DNA of 64,000 nucleotides, taken from NCBI GenBank assembly GCA_963518805.1, contig CAUQKG010000001.1, positions 133,968-197,967 of the forward strand, written 5' to 3'. The notes beneath the pieces were generated by a model. The model did not search any database, was not told the DNA's origin, and saw nothing but the letters and a program-made list of their open reading frames with translations. Below, in pieces: positions 1 to 8,064 of the stretch. A program made the translations under genes and the position numbers. The stretch is from an uncultured Candidatus Saccharimonas sp. GTDB taxonomy: Bacteria > Patescibacteriota > Saccharimonadia > Saccharimonadales > Saccharimonadaceae. Position 1 is the first letter of the stretch. The number at the start of each line of letters is the position of its first letter.

Positions 1-642
1 AATATTTTCGCTCCCAACTTCAATAACCTGATTGAACGCATCAGTAGTAATTTTTTTATAGCCATCAGTCCCCGTCAATTCTTTATTCATTGCCTGCTCA
101 ACGCCATAATTTCCACCATTATCATTCACAAAACCAAGAACTTGCGCAGCTAAATTTCCTTCAGGATAAACTCGGCGAGTTTCTGCGGTAAATCCGACCC
201 CATGAAATTTCTTTTCACGAATTGCATTTGCCTGTTTTAATGAAAGTTTAGTTCCAACAACTTGGTATCGTGTGCTGGTTTTTTCGAAAAGCTTTTCGAA
301 ATCATCTCTTAAATTTCCGCCAGCAATTTTTCTAAATTCTGAAATAATTTCACTTTTTTTAACTTTTTTCGAATTTGCAATTTCTTGCGGGTCAATCCAA
401 AGCGTATAAACAGTTTCATTCAAAACCATTTTAGTTAGTTTTTTGCCGTCCATTGCGTAAATTAAACCGCGTTGAGCTTTAATTTCGAATTGTTTTCTCT
501 GACCTTTATCGGCACGAGCACGATAATCTGCGCCTTCAATAACTTGCAAGAAAAAAAGCCGAACCACAATTACCGCAAAAACCCCTAAAATTGAGACTGC
601 GAGATAACCTGTTCGACTTTTATTCTTAAAACCTAAAATCAT
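1..642 (-). CDS. ftsI: Class B penicillin-binding protein (FtsI/PBP2 family), N-terminal part; runs off the window edge
   Basis: Not in the ORF track. Hand translation from ATG 642: MILGFKNKSRTGYLAVSILGVFAVIVVRLFFLQVIEG...AQRGLIYAMDG...RRVYPEGNLAAQVLGFVND..GNYGVEQAMNKELTGTDG. This shows a TM helix and the RG.I, R.YP.G and G..G.E motifs of the PBP dimerisation domain. It lies downstream of rsmH-ftsL. Confidence 0.9.
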   Translation of the reverse strand, partial: MILGFKNKSRTGYLAVSILGVFAVIVVRLFFLQVIEGADYRARADKGQRKQFEIKAQRGLIYAMDGKKLTKMVLNETVYTLWIDPQEIANSKKVKKSEIISEFRKIAGGNLRDDFEKLFEKTSTRYQVVGTKLSLKQANAIREKKFHGVGFTAETRRVYPEGNLAAQVLGFVNDNGGNYGVEQAMNKELTGTDGYKKITTDAFNQVIEVGSENI

Positions 643-692
643 ATAATTCTATTTTATCACACTTTTTGTGATTTTTCGAAAAAAGCTTAACC

Positions 693-1055
693 TTATTTTG
701 CGTAAGAAACTGACGCCGGAGTTGTCATTTTCTTTGCGACTTCGCTATTTTCAATATTCGAAAGCGCTGTAAGTCGTGCATTTTCCACTTCTAAATCAGC
801 CTTTTTAGTTTCTAAATCTGAAATTTTCGAATCAATTTGCTGAATTTCGTTTCCATAAAGTGCTGGTTTAGAAGAATTCATTAAGAAGATAATTCCAAGA
901 ACCGCAATCAAAACACCAAGCATCAAAAATTGCGTTACTGCACCAAGTTTTGCTGTTGGCTGAAAAATAGCGATGTTGTTATTTCTTCCATATGACCGCG
1001 ACGAAACTTGTGTTTGGCGACGGCGACTAACATAATTTGTGTTTGTTTTATACAT
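693..1055 (-). CDS. ftsL: FtsL-like bitopic cell-division protein
   Basis: Basic N-tail, single TM helix, then a coiled coil (ISDLETKKADLEVENARL). Canonical position between rsmH and ftsI. Confidence 0.7.
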   Translation of the reverse strand: MYKTNTNYVSRRRQTQVSSRSYGRNNNIAIFQPTAKLGAVTQFLMLGVLIAVLGIIFLMNSSKPALYGNEIQQIDSKISDLETKKADLEVENARLTALSNIENSEVAKKMTTPASVSYAK

Positions 1056-1093
1056 TGGTTTTTTGTTGCATTAAATTTAATATTCAATAAAAT

Positions 1094-1125
1094 AAAGCAC
1101 CAGACCAGTTTTTGGCTGGTGCCTT
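1094..1125 (-). terminator. Strong hairpin (terminator/attenuator-like) between rsmH and ftsL
   Basis: Minus strand AAGGCACCAG-CCA-aaaac-TGG-t-CTGGTGCTTT followed by ATTTTATT. Confidence 0.55.
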
Positions 1126-1179
1126 AAAGTTTAGTTTCTGTTTTAAATTTTTGTTTTTGTTTTTCGAAAGTGTCAAATA

Positions 1180-1245
1180 CTATCGAAAATTAACTTTTAC
1201 GCGAGCTTGTTCATTAGCGTAGCTTACTTTGATTGTTTTTGGCAT
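1180..1245 (-). CDS. Putative 21-aa small ORF MPKTIKVSYANEQARVKVNFR
   Basis: AAAGGAGG-cgag-ATG just after the rsmH stop; open for 21 codons to TAG. Too short for the ORF track. Confidence 0.5.
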   Translation of the reverse strand: MPKTIKVSYANEQARVKVNFR

Positions 1246-1263
1246 CTCGCCTCCTTTTGTTTT

Positions 1264-2160
1264 TTATTTTCTAATGCTCACTCGCAACTTTGCGCTGCGG
1301 GCTCGCGGATTATTAACATCTTCTTTCGCGCCATCAAGCGGTTTTTTGGTAATCGTCTGAAATTTAGACTCCAAACCTTTTTTCGAATCATCTTTGAAAT
1401 AATTCTTCACTATTTTATCTTCAAGACTGTGAAAAGTTATAATTCCAACTCTTCCACCTGAATTTAACAGTTTCGGAAGCAATTTTAAAACCTCTTCAAC
1501 TTGTTGAAGTTCATTATTTACAGCGATTCGAATCGCCTGAAAAGTGCGCGTTGCGGGGTGCGTTTTTTGCCAACCGCCTTTGTGCACGCTTAAAATTAAA
1601 TCAGCCAGCTGTGTTGTGGTCTCAATTCTCTGCTTTTTTCGAACTTCTAAAATTTTCGAAACGATTCTTTCAGCAAAACCGCGCTTTTCTTCGCCAAATT
1701 CAATTAAAATTTGCAAAAGTTCGTTCTTGCTTGCGAAATTCACAATATCTGCCGCTGTTTTTTTCTGCGCAGGATTCATTCGCATATCAAGTGGGCCATC
1801 TTTTCGAAAAGAAAATCCCCTTTCTGCAATATCTAACTGAGGTGAAGAAACACCCAAATCTGCCAAAATTATATCAAATTTTTGACCTCTTTTTACCAAT
1901 TCTTTTGCGGCCGAAAGAAAATCTTTATGTAAAATCTCTACACCTTCATTTTTAAACCGTTGAAGCGTGCGAATTGCATTTTCATCTCTATCAACTAAAA
2001 CCGAGTTTTCGAAATTCTCGGTTATACGCAAAAATTCGCCAGCATGTCCTCCGTATCCTGCCGTAAAATCGAGATAACTTTCACCTCTCTTTGGCTGGAT
2101 TTGTTGTAGACTCGCTTGCAATAAAACTGGTATGTGAACTGATTCTTCTGTGTAATTCAT
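1264..2160 (-). CDS. rsmH: 16S rRNA m4C1402 methyltransferase RsmH (MraW)
   Basis: Motifs HIPVLL, D.T.G.GGH, DLGVSSPQLD..ERGFSF..DGPLDMRM, HPATRTFQAIRIAVN.EL, TFHSLED, NPRARSAKLR. Confidence 0.98.
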   Translation of the reverse strand: MNYTEESVHIPVLLQASLQQIQPKRGESYLDFTAGYGGHAGEFLRITENFENSVLVDRDENAIRTLQRFKNEGVEILHKDFLSAAKELVKRGQKFDIILADLGVSSPQLDIAERGFSFRKDGPLDMRMNPAQKKTAADIVNFASKNELLQILIEFGEEKRGFAERIVSKILEVRKKQRIETTTQLADLILSVHKGGWQKTHPATRTFQAIRIAVNNELQQVEEVLKLLPKLLNSGGRVGIITFHSLEDKIVKNYFKDDSKKGLESKFQTITKKPLDGAKEDVNNPRARSAKLRVSIRK

Positions 2161-2472
2161 AAATTTAAAGCCACCTAACTGATGATTAAACTTTTTGTTT
2201 TTGTTATATTTTTGTTTTAAGATTCATTATAAGTTTAGCTTTTTGCTTGGCGTATAGCCAACCATATTGCTGTTTGAGAGACTTATATATGAGGTGGAGT
2301 TTTATTTTGGGAGGTTTTAAAATGTGCTCCAGCTATTATTTTAACCTGGTTACTGGAATTTGTCCAGCTGTTTAATCACCAGATAGTTGACCTTAAATTA
2401 AAAACTACATCTATTTTAACGTGCTTTTATTTTTGTTTAGTGGTTTTTCTGTTTGTTTCTGTCGTTGCCACT
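2161..2472 (-). promoter_or_regulatory. Long structured 5' leader of the rsmH-ftsL-ftsI operon (candidate cis-regulatory RNA)
   Basis: About 310 nt between a predicted promoter and the rsmH ATG, with no long ORF. Several hairpins separated by A/C-rich linkers; CCACCT (2292-2297) is complementary to the RBS-like AGGTGG (2171-2176). Confidence 0.5.
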
Positions 2473-2478
2473 GATTTA

Positions 2479-2507
2479 AGTTTACCGCGAATTATTTTTT
2501 TTCGCAA
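2479..2507 (-). promoter_or_regulatory. Sigma70-type promoter for the dcw operon
   Basis: TTGCGA-17 nt-TAAACT on the minus strand. Confidence 0.55.
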
Positions 2508-2555
2508 GACCTATTTTTGACAAACACGCAAATTTAGAAATAATTTTTTATATAT

Positions 2556-2637
2556 TTTTCCACAACTATGTGGAAAAGCAAGCCTTTTAACAGATATTCC
2601 CTACTTTTCCACAATGCTTGTGTTTAATTGTTGAAAA
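2556..2637. promoter_or_regulatory. Cluster of DnaA-box-like 9-mers
   Basis: TTTTCCACA 2556-2564, TGTGGAAAA 2569-2577, TTTTCCACA 2605-2613, TGTTGAAAA 2629-2637; each 1-2 mismatches from TTATCCACA. Confidence 0.55.
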
Positions 2638-2642
2638 CTAAT

Positions 2643-2948
2643 TTATCGTGGTAATAATGCACTGATTAATGCAGTATCATATTTTGTTGTAGACATTAGA
2701 ATCAAGTATGTTACAAACACAACAAGATTAATTGCAAGTGAAAGAACCAAAACCGCACTTCGAAAATCTTGCGTAACTTGGTCAACCACTACTGTTCCAT
2801 CTTCAGCAATAATAATTCCATTATTTGTAAGCAAAGTTTTAGCTTTTTTAATATCTTGCTCTTTTTTTGAAACTTTTGTAGTTTTTTCAGCAACTTTTTT
2901 AGCCGTAGTTTTTTTATCATTTTTTGTTTCTGTTTGTTTTTTTGTCAT
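2643..2948 (-). CDS. Small membrane protein of unknown function (Lys-rich N-terminus, C-terminal TM)
   Basis: 101-aa ORF, AAGGA RBS, own promoter TTGACT-17-TATTAT at ~3005-3034. Confidence 0.75.
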   Translation of the reverse strand: MTKKQTETKNDKKTTAKKVAEKTTKVSKKEQDIKKAKTLLTNNGIIIAEDGTVVVDQVTQDFRSAVLVLSLAINLVVFVTYLILMSTTKYDTALISALLPR

Positions 2949-3202
2949 TTTTATTCCTTTTTTGTTTATTTGACTTATTTGATCTTAATTGTTTTGTATG
3001 TTTATATAATAGCATAAGTTTTTTTAAAAGTCAATAGCTTTTATGTTAAATTATTTTAAAACAATTCAAAGTCCTCTGCCAGCAATTTGTTCGCTTGACA
3101 TTATGTAGTTTTATTTTATTTTATTTTTTGACATTTCACTATTTTATTGTTTCCATATTTTTAAACCTTCGACCTTATTATTCCATAAAAAATGATTAAA
3201 AA

Positions 3203-3234
3203 TAAAAGACTCTCGAATTTTCGAAAGTCTTTTA
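3203..3234 (-). terminator. Intrinsic terminator downstream of the Pif1 helicase
   Basis: Inverted repeat TAAAAGACT...AGTCTTTTA. Confidence 0.6.
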
Positions 3235-3274
3235 CACACAATTCATTTTAAAACAAATTAACTAAAAATCTACT

Positions 3275-4822
3275 TTATATAGCATCTTCGCCAAAGAGTT
3301 TTTTTATGCGAGCTTCAATCGAACCTTTATGGCGACCGAGTTCTTTACTCAATTTAACAATTAAATCTGCGTCAATTTTACCATTTTCGAAAACCATTTC
3401 TTGTAATTTCGAATCATCAACAAGTCTCCACGCACGATATGCATTTGGATATTCTTGCCGCATTTTTTCAAGCTTTTCAGCCCAAGTTGTTCTTGACGGT
3501 TGCGTCTCAACAATTTCGCCCGCTTCACGCTTTTTAGCAACTTCTTTTAAGTGCGAAAAACGATTTTCGGCTTTTAAGCTTTCATTTTTAAGTCTAGAAT
3601 CAATCTTTTGCGCCTCTTCACTAACCATCAAAGCAGTGCGATTTATTCCGAGTAAATAAAGTCTATCAAGAGAGCGAACACGAGAAAGCGCCACATAGCC
3701 CATTCCTTCAGAAAAGGCTTTTCGAAGATCGATTCGTGCAGCATCGAGTGTCATCCCCTGACTTTTATGAACTGTAATTGCATATGCTAGTCTGAGTGGA
3801 ATTTGCATAATACTTGCCCGCTTTTTTTCGCCATCACGCATCTCCCAGGTTTCTGGCACCATTGTAATAATTTTACCATTTCGAAATTGAACAATCGGGT
3901 AATCTGTTAATCTTTCAAAATCAATAACTTCACCAATTGAACCATTAACATATTGGCGGTTTTGGGCATTTTTTACTGCCATCACTAAAGCACCTTTTTT
4001 AAGTCGCAAGAGTTCTGGCGCAAGAACAGATTTCTGTAAAGTTTCAACGTAGTTTTTAGCACCAGTTGTAGTTTGCACAAAATGAAACTCCTCGCCTTCA
4101 AGTTCGGCAAGCTTTTGCTCATTAATTTTATCAACATCGATATTAGTAGTGTGGAGTTCGGTTAAGTTTTTCGAAAAATCATCACTTTCAAAATTAGGCT
4201 CAATATCAATGCGATCAAGCAAACTTTGAGCGTGTTTTCGGCGTAAATCATCCGCTCTAAGTGCGTTTAAAATTTCAGATAGTTCATCATTTTTTTGGCG
4301 GTGATTTTCCTCAAGATAGCAAACCGTAAATTCAGCAAGCTTCCAGGCATTCGAATGAATTGCAAAGTCGCCAGTTCGCCCACCAGCTCGATTAATTGGC
4401 GGTAGCTGAAAAAAATCGCCACATAAAATTACTTGAATCCCACCAAAAGGTTTGTCGTTTTGGCGAATTGTACGACAGATTTCTTCAACCATGTCTAGTC
4501 GAAAATCGTGCAACATAGAGATTTCATCAATCACCAGAATATCTGTATTTTTAATAATTTCGGCCCGCGTTTTCGGAAATTTTTCGAAAAATTTTCTCGA
4601 AAGATAATCGTAGATTCCAATTCCGCTCCAAGCGTGAATAGTGTTTCCTCCAAGATGAGTTGCCGCTAAACCAGTGGTAGCCGTAACGCTAACCTTTTTT
4701 CCAGAATTTTTTGCAAGCTTAATAAACTGGTTAAGAGTGAAAGTTTTTCCACTTCCTGCTGCACCAGTTAAAAAAACATTTTCGCCTGAGAGCATAATCT
4801 CCAATGCTAACGCTTGCTTCAT
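3275..4822 (-). CDS. Pif1-family SF1B DNA helicase with a small C-terminal helical domain
   Basis: Walker A GAAGSGKT, TATTGLAA, TIHAW, DEISM, FGGIQVILCGDFFQLPPI, QIPLRLAYAITVHKSQGMTLD, GYVALSRVR. Confidence 0.92.
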   Translation of the reverse strand: MKQALALEIMLSGENVFLTGAAGSGKTFTLNQFIKLAKNSGKKVSVTATTGLAATHLGGNTIHAWSGIGIYDYLSRKFFEKFPKTRAEIIKNTDILVIDEISMLHDFRLDMVEEICRTIRQNDKPFGGIQVILCGDFFQLPPINRAGGRTGDFAIHSNAWKLAEFTVCYLEENHRQKNDELSEILNALRADDLRRKHAQSLLDRIDIEPNFESDDFSKNLTELHTTNIDVDKINEQKLAELEGEEFHFVQTTTGAKNYVETLQKSVLAPELLRLKKGALVMAVKNAQNRQYVNGSIGEVIDFERLTDYPIVQFRNGKIITMVPETWEMRDGEKKRASIMQIPLRLAYAITVHKSQGMTLDAARIDLRKAFSEGMGYVALSRVRSLDRLYLLGINRTALMVSEEAQKIDSRLKNESLKAENRFSHLKEVAKKREAGEIVETQPSRTTWAEKLEKMRQEYPNAYRAWRLVDDSKLQEMVFENGKIDADLIVKLSKELGRHKGSIEARIKKLFGEDAI

Positions 4823-4831
4823 TTTCGAAAA

Positions 4832-5929
4832 CTACTCACTTCCGATCATTCGTGGTGGTTCACCTTCTGGCTCATCGAGCAATTTTTTACTTTTAATTTC
4901 ATAACGACGCCCAGTGATTTCGCTCAAGATATAATCTTCATTAATTAAATTCACAAACATATCCAAATCGTTGCCATCCATAATAATGATCGCACCGTTA
5001 TCGTCCGTCATTAATTCAAGCTGCATTTCATCGGCATATTCAACCACTTTTTCTTGCGAAATCTCACCAATTTCATCCATTTTTTGTAATTTTGTAGCAG
5101 CCTTTTTATGCTCGCGAACCAAAGTTTGCAAATCTAAACCATCAGGAAAACTCAATTTATACTTTCTTTCGATTTCCAAAACTTTTTCATCAGCTAAAAC
5201 CTGTTTTTTATAATCATAATTAAAGAGTTTTTCAAATTTTCCTTGATTAAAAATAAAGATATCATTATTTACGATCAAAACTTGATTATCTGGCTGGATT
5301 TTTAAACCAAATTCAGGCTCAAATGCACCAAATTTGCCATTTCGAAATTCCCAAGCAGTTGCTCCGCGCAAAACCTGCCCTTGCATAATTTGTTTAGCAA
5401 CATAAAATTTCTCGCCTTTCGAATTTGTAAACCTTGCCAAAATTCCCTTAATCCGCTTAAAATCATGTTCGTTTTCGTTAAATTCCACAATATCGGAATA
5501 TTGCGTTTCGATTATATTTAATAGCGCATCAGCGTGTTGAACTTTTTGTAGTTCAGTTTTTAAAAGCACATCTTTGCTAGCGCTACCATCCATTTCATAG
5601 TCTCGAACACTCAAACCAGTTCCTGCGCCCATATTTACAAAGTTTATCATATCAAACAAAAACAACGGCTTAATTTGTGAGTTTAGTTCGCTTGAAAAAC
5701 TAGTCGTAAAAGGCACAAAATTTTTATTAAATAAGAAAAATTCTACATCAAGCTCATTTTTGATTCCATCAGTCAAATTTGCCCACTGAAAAATATCAGT
5801 TGACTCATCTTTTTTCGAATTTTCAGCTTCTTTAAAATTTTGGTCTTTATTTGAAATTTCAACCTCGTTTTCTGTCAAATTTTCAGTATTTTTGATCTCA
5901 GCGTTTTCAGTTCTAATATCTTCTTCCAT
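4832..5929 (-). CDS. DUF4868 / Kiwa KwaB-like domain protein
   Basis: 365 aa. The segment IFIFNQGKFEKLFNY...FVNLINEDYILSEITGRRYE resembles the KwaB/DUF4868 C-terminus (recognised from memory, needs an HMM check). 9 bp upstream of the helicase. Confidence 0.55.
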   Translation of the reverse strand: MEEDIRTENAEIKNTENLTENEVEISNKDQNFKEAENSKKDESTDIFQWANLTDGIKNELDVEFFLFNKNFVPFTTSFSSELNSQIKPLFLFDMINFVNMGAGTGLSVRDYEMDGSASKDVLLKTELQKVQHADALLNIIETQYSDIVEFNENEHDFKRIKGILARFTNSKGEKFYVAKQIMQGQVLRGATAWEFRNGKFGAFEPEFGLKIQPDNQVLIVNNDIFIFNQGKFEKLFNYDYKKQVLADEKVLEIERKYKLSFPDGLDLQTLVREHKKAATKLQKMDEIGEISQEKVVEYADEMQLELMTDDNGAIIIMDGNDLDMFVNLINEDYILSEITGRRYEIKSKKLLDEPEGEPPRMIGSE

Positions 5930-6093
5930 ATAGTTCTATTATACCATAAACATTAAAAAATATTTACACCTGATTAAATATTAGTTGAACATCAGAAAAA
6001 ACTCACCTACCAATAACTCGTTATGCTTCTAGAATAGGGCAAATAATCTCTTTAAAAATTGCCGATTTTAACTTTTTATGATACAATTTAAGA

Positions 6094-7320
6094 ATGAAAA
6101 TTGCAATCTTAGGGCGTCAGCCAAGTATCGGAATCGCCGAACTCGAAAGTGTTTTTGGCGGCGATAAAATTCGCGTGCTGGGTGATTATGCCTGTCTTAT
6201 TGAAACTGAAAAACTCAATGTTTCGCATTTTGGCTCAATTTTAAAAACCGGCCAAGTTATTTTTGAAGTTAATTCAACAGATTGGCGAGATGTTTCAAAA
6301 AAAATAACCAAAATTTTTGAACACGATTTTGCGGATTTTAGCGGAAAAATTACACTAGGAATTTCAGCTTATGGCTTAAAAATTCGAGCGAACGAAGTTT
6401 CAAAAACTGGATCAATCATTAAACAAAAGCTCAAAAATCACGGTGTTTCGGTGCGAATAATTCCTTCGAAAACCGCCGAGCTTTCAACTGCAATTTCGCA
6501 CAATAATAAGCTTGGCTTAAGCGAGAAAAAAATCGAAATTTTAGTAGTTCGTGGCGGCAAAAAAACAATTATTGCCTTAAGTGAAGGCGCGCAAAATATC
6601 ACAAGCTATGCTAGACGCGATCAAAACAGGCCAAAGCGCGATGCTTTTGTTGGGATGCTGCCACCAAAACTCGCCCAAACAATGATCAATCTCGGTGTTG
6701 GCGAAAATCAGCCGCAAATTCAAGCACTTTTTGGCAAAAAAACTTTCGAAAAGCCAGAAATCCTTGATCCTTTTTGCGGCACTGGCACAGTTATTCAAGA
6801 AGCGCTTTTAAAAGGTTTTAAAGCAAACGGAACAGATTTGAGTGAAAAAATGGTGGAATTTTCGAAAGAAAATAGTGATTGGTTTGTGCGAGAGTTTAAA
6901 CCGCATGGTGAAATAGGAGAAATTTACGAAGCTGACGCTACAATTGAAAAATGGAGTTTTGCAAAAAAACTTTCAAGCGTGGTTTGCGAGGCCTACTTAG
7001 GGCAACCATTCTCTGCTCCACCTTCGCCCAAAAAATTAGCAGAAGTTCGCGAAAATTGCAATCGTATAATTTCGAACTTTTTAAAGAATTTATCGCAGCA
7101 AATTCCAGAAGATACACAGGTGTGTATTGCCGTTCCCGCTTGGAAAACACAAAATGGTAATTTTTCTCACCTTCCACTTATTGACTTTTTAAATGAGCTG
7201 GGGTATAATAGAAAGGAATTTATGCGCGTTAAACCACAAGATCTAATATATTATCGCGAAGATCAAGTTGTGGCGCGTGAATTATTAGTACTAATAAGGA
7301 GTAAAAATGTCACACGTTAA
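6094..7320 (+). CDS. Trm11/TrmG10-like SAM-dependent RNA methyltransferase
   Basis: MLPPKLAQTMIN, ILDPFCGTG motif I, G.D, DAT, CEAYLG. Overlaps the rpmA start. Confidence 0.7.
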   Translation: MKIAILGRQPSIGIAELESVFGGDKIRVLGDYACLIETEKLNVSHFGSILKTGQVIFEVNSTDWRDVSKKITKIFEHDFADFSGKITLGISAYGLKIRANEVSKTGSIIKQKLKNHGVSVRIIPSKTAELSTAISHNNKLGLSEKKIEILVVRGGKKTIIALSEGAQNITSYARRDQNRPKRDAFVGMLPPKLAQTMINLGVGENQPQIQALFGKKTFEKPEILDPFCGTGTVIQEALLKGFKANGTDLSEKMVEFSKENSDWFVREFKPHGEIGEIYEADATIEKWSFAKKLSSVVCEAYLGQPFSAPPSPKKLAEVRENCNRIISNFLKNLSQQIPEDTQVCIAVPAWKTQNGNFSHLPLIDFLNELGYNRKEFMRVKPQDLIYYREDQVVARELLVLIRSKNVTR

Positions 7321-7585
7321 ATCGGGTGGTTCAAGTAAGAACGTCCATAATAACGCCGGTCAACGCCTTGGTGTTAAACGATTTGGTGGCCAAAAAGTTA
7401 ACGAGGGCGAAGTTCTCGTTCGACAGACTGGTGCAACTAAATTGGCTGGTGAAGGAACTTACATGAGCCGAAATTTCACGATTCACGCTAAACAAGACGG
7501 TGTTGTGAAATTTAAACAAATCCAAAAACGCAAATTTACTGGTAAAACTGAACGACGCACAGTTGTAGAAGTTGTTGCTGCGTAA
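7307..7585 (+). CDS. rpmA: 50S ribosomal protein bL27
   Basis: MSHVKSGGSSKN...QRLGVKRFGGQKV..GEVLVRQTG. Confidence 0.97.
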   Translation: MSHVKSGGSSKNVHNNAGQRLGVKRFGGQKVNEGEVLVRQTGATKLAGEGTYMSRNFTIHAKQDGVVKFKQIQKRKFTGKTERRTVVEVVAA

Positions 7586-7592
7586 TTGCAAT

Positions 7593-7629
7593 AAAAAATG
7601 AGCCTTTCGAAAGATTGACTCATTTTTTT
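7593..7629. terminator. Bidirectional intrinsic terminator
   Basis: AAAAAATGAG-cctttcgaaagattga-CTCATTTTTTT between convergent genes. Confidence 0.7.
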
Positions 7630-7650
7630 ATTTTACTTATTTTGGATCTG

Positions 7651-8040
7651 CTAGTAATCTTCACCGATGCCCAAATGTTCACGAACCTTTTCAATCACAT
7701 CTGAAATCATCACCTGAGATTTAACAAGATAATCATCAACACCAAGTTTTTCAGCTCGCTCACGATCACTTTCTTGGCTTAAAGCGGTAAGCATAATAAT
7801 TTGCAGATTCATTGTTTCAGGAGTGTTTCGAAGAATATCCAATACATCAAAGCCTGATATTTTTGGCATCATTGCATCAAGAATCATTAAATCTGGACGA
7901 TATTTTAAAGCTGCAGTTAACGCTTGCTCGCCGTCATGAACTTCCATGACCTCAAAATCTTCCATCTCAAGCCTTGCACGATATACACTAGCCAAAACCT
8001 CATCATCTTCAACTAATAAGATCTTTTTTCTTGCTTCCAT
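7651..8040 (-). CDS. Single-domain response regulator (receiver only)
   Basis: ILLVEDD, PDLMILDAMMPKISGFDVL, IIMLTA, DYLVKS. The AGGAGGGA RBS supports ATG 8040. Confidence 0.92.
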   Translation of the reverse strand: MEARKKILLVEDDEVLASVYRARLEMEDFEVMEVHDGEQALTAALKYRPDLMILDAMMPKISGFDVLDILRNTPETMNLQIIMLTALSQESDRERAEKLGVDDYLVKSQVMISDVIEKVREHLGIGEDY

Positions 8041-8064
8041 TTTCCCTCCTAAACAGTTCTGCAA

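Noticed and set aside
1180..1245. The peptide's VSYA matches the FtsL C-terminus (SVSYAK), suggesting mimicry
   Set aside because: Only four residues, different codons, and the two would lie on opposite sides of the membrane; probably chance.
1056..1263. tmRNA or another known ncRNA in the rsmH-ftsL gap (tag-like ...SYAN... reading)
   Set aside because: No tRNA-like acceptor or T-arm and no tag ending in hydrophobic-AA-stop; a small SD-led ORF explains it better.
3024..3051. dif site (TTATGTTAAAT equals the XerD arm)
   Set aside because: No XerC-like arm 6 bp upstream; the segment overlaps an ordinary AT-rich promoter.
6094..7320. DNA methyltransferase responsible for the TTCGAA enrichment
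   Set aside because: The architecture and MLPPKLA/DPFCG motifs fit Trm11-like RNA methylases; no restriction-modification context.
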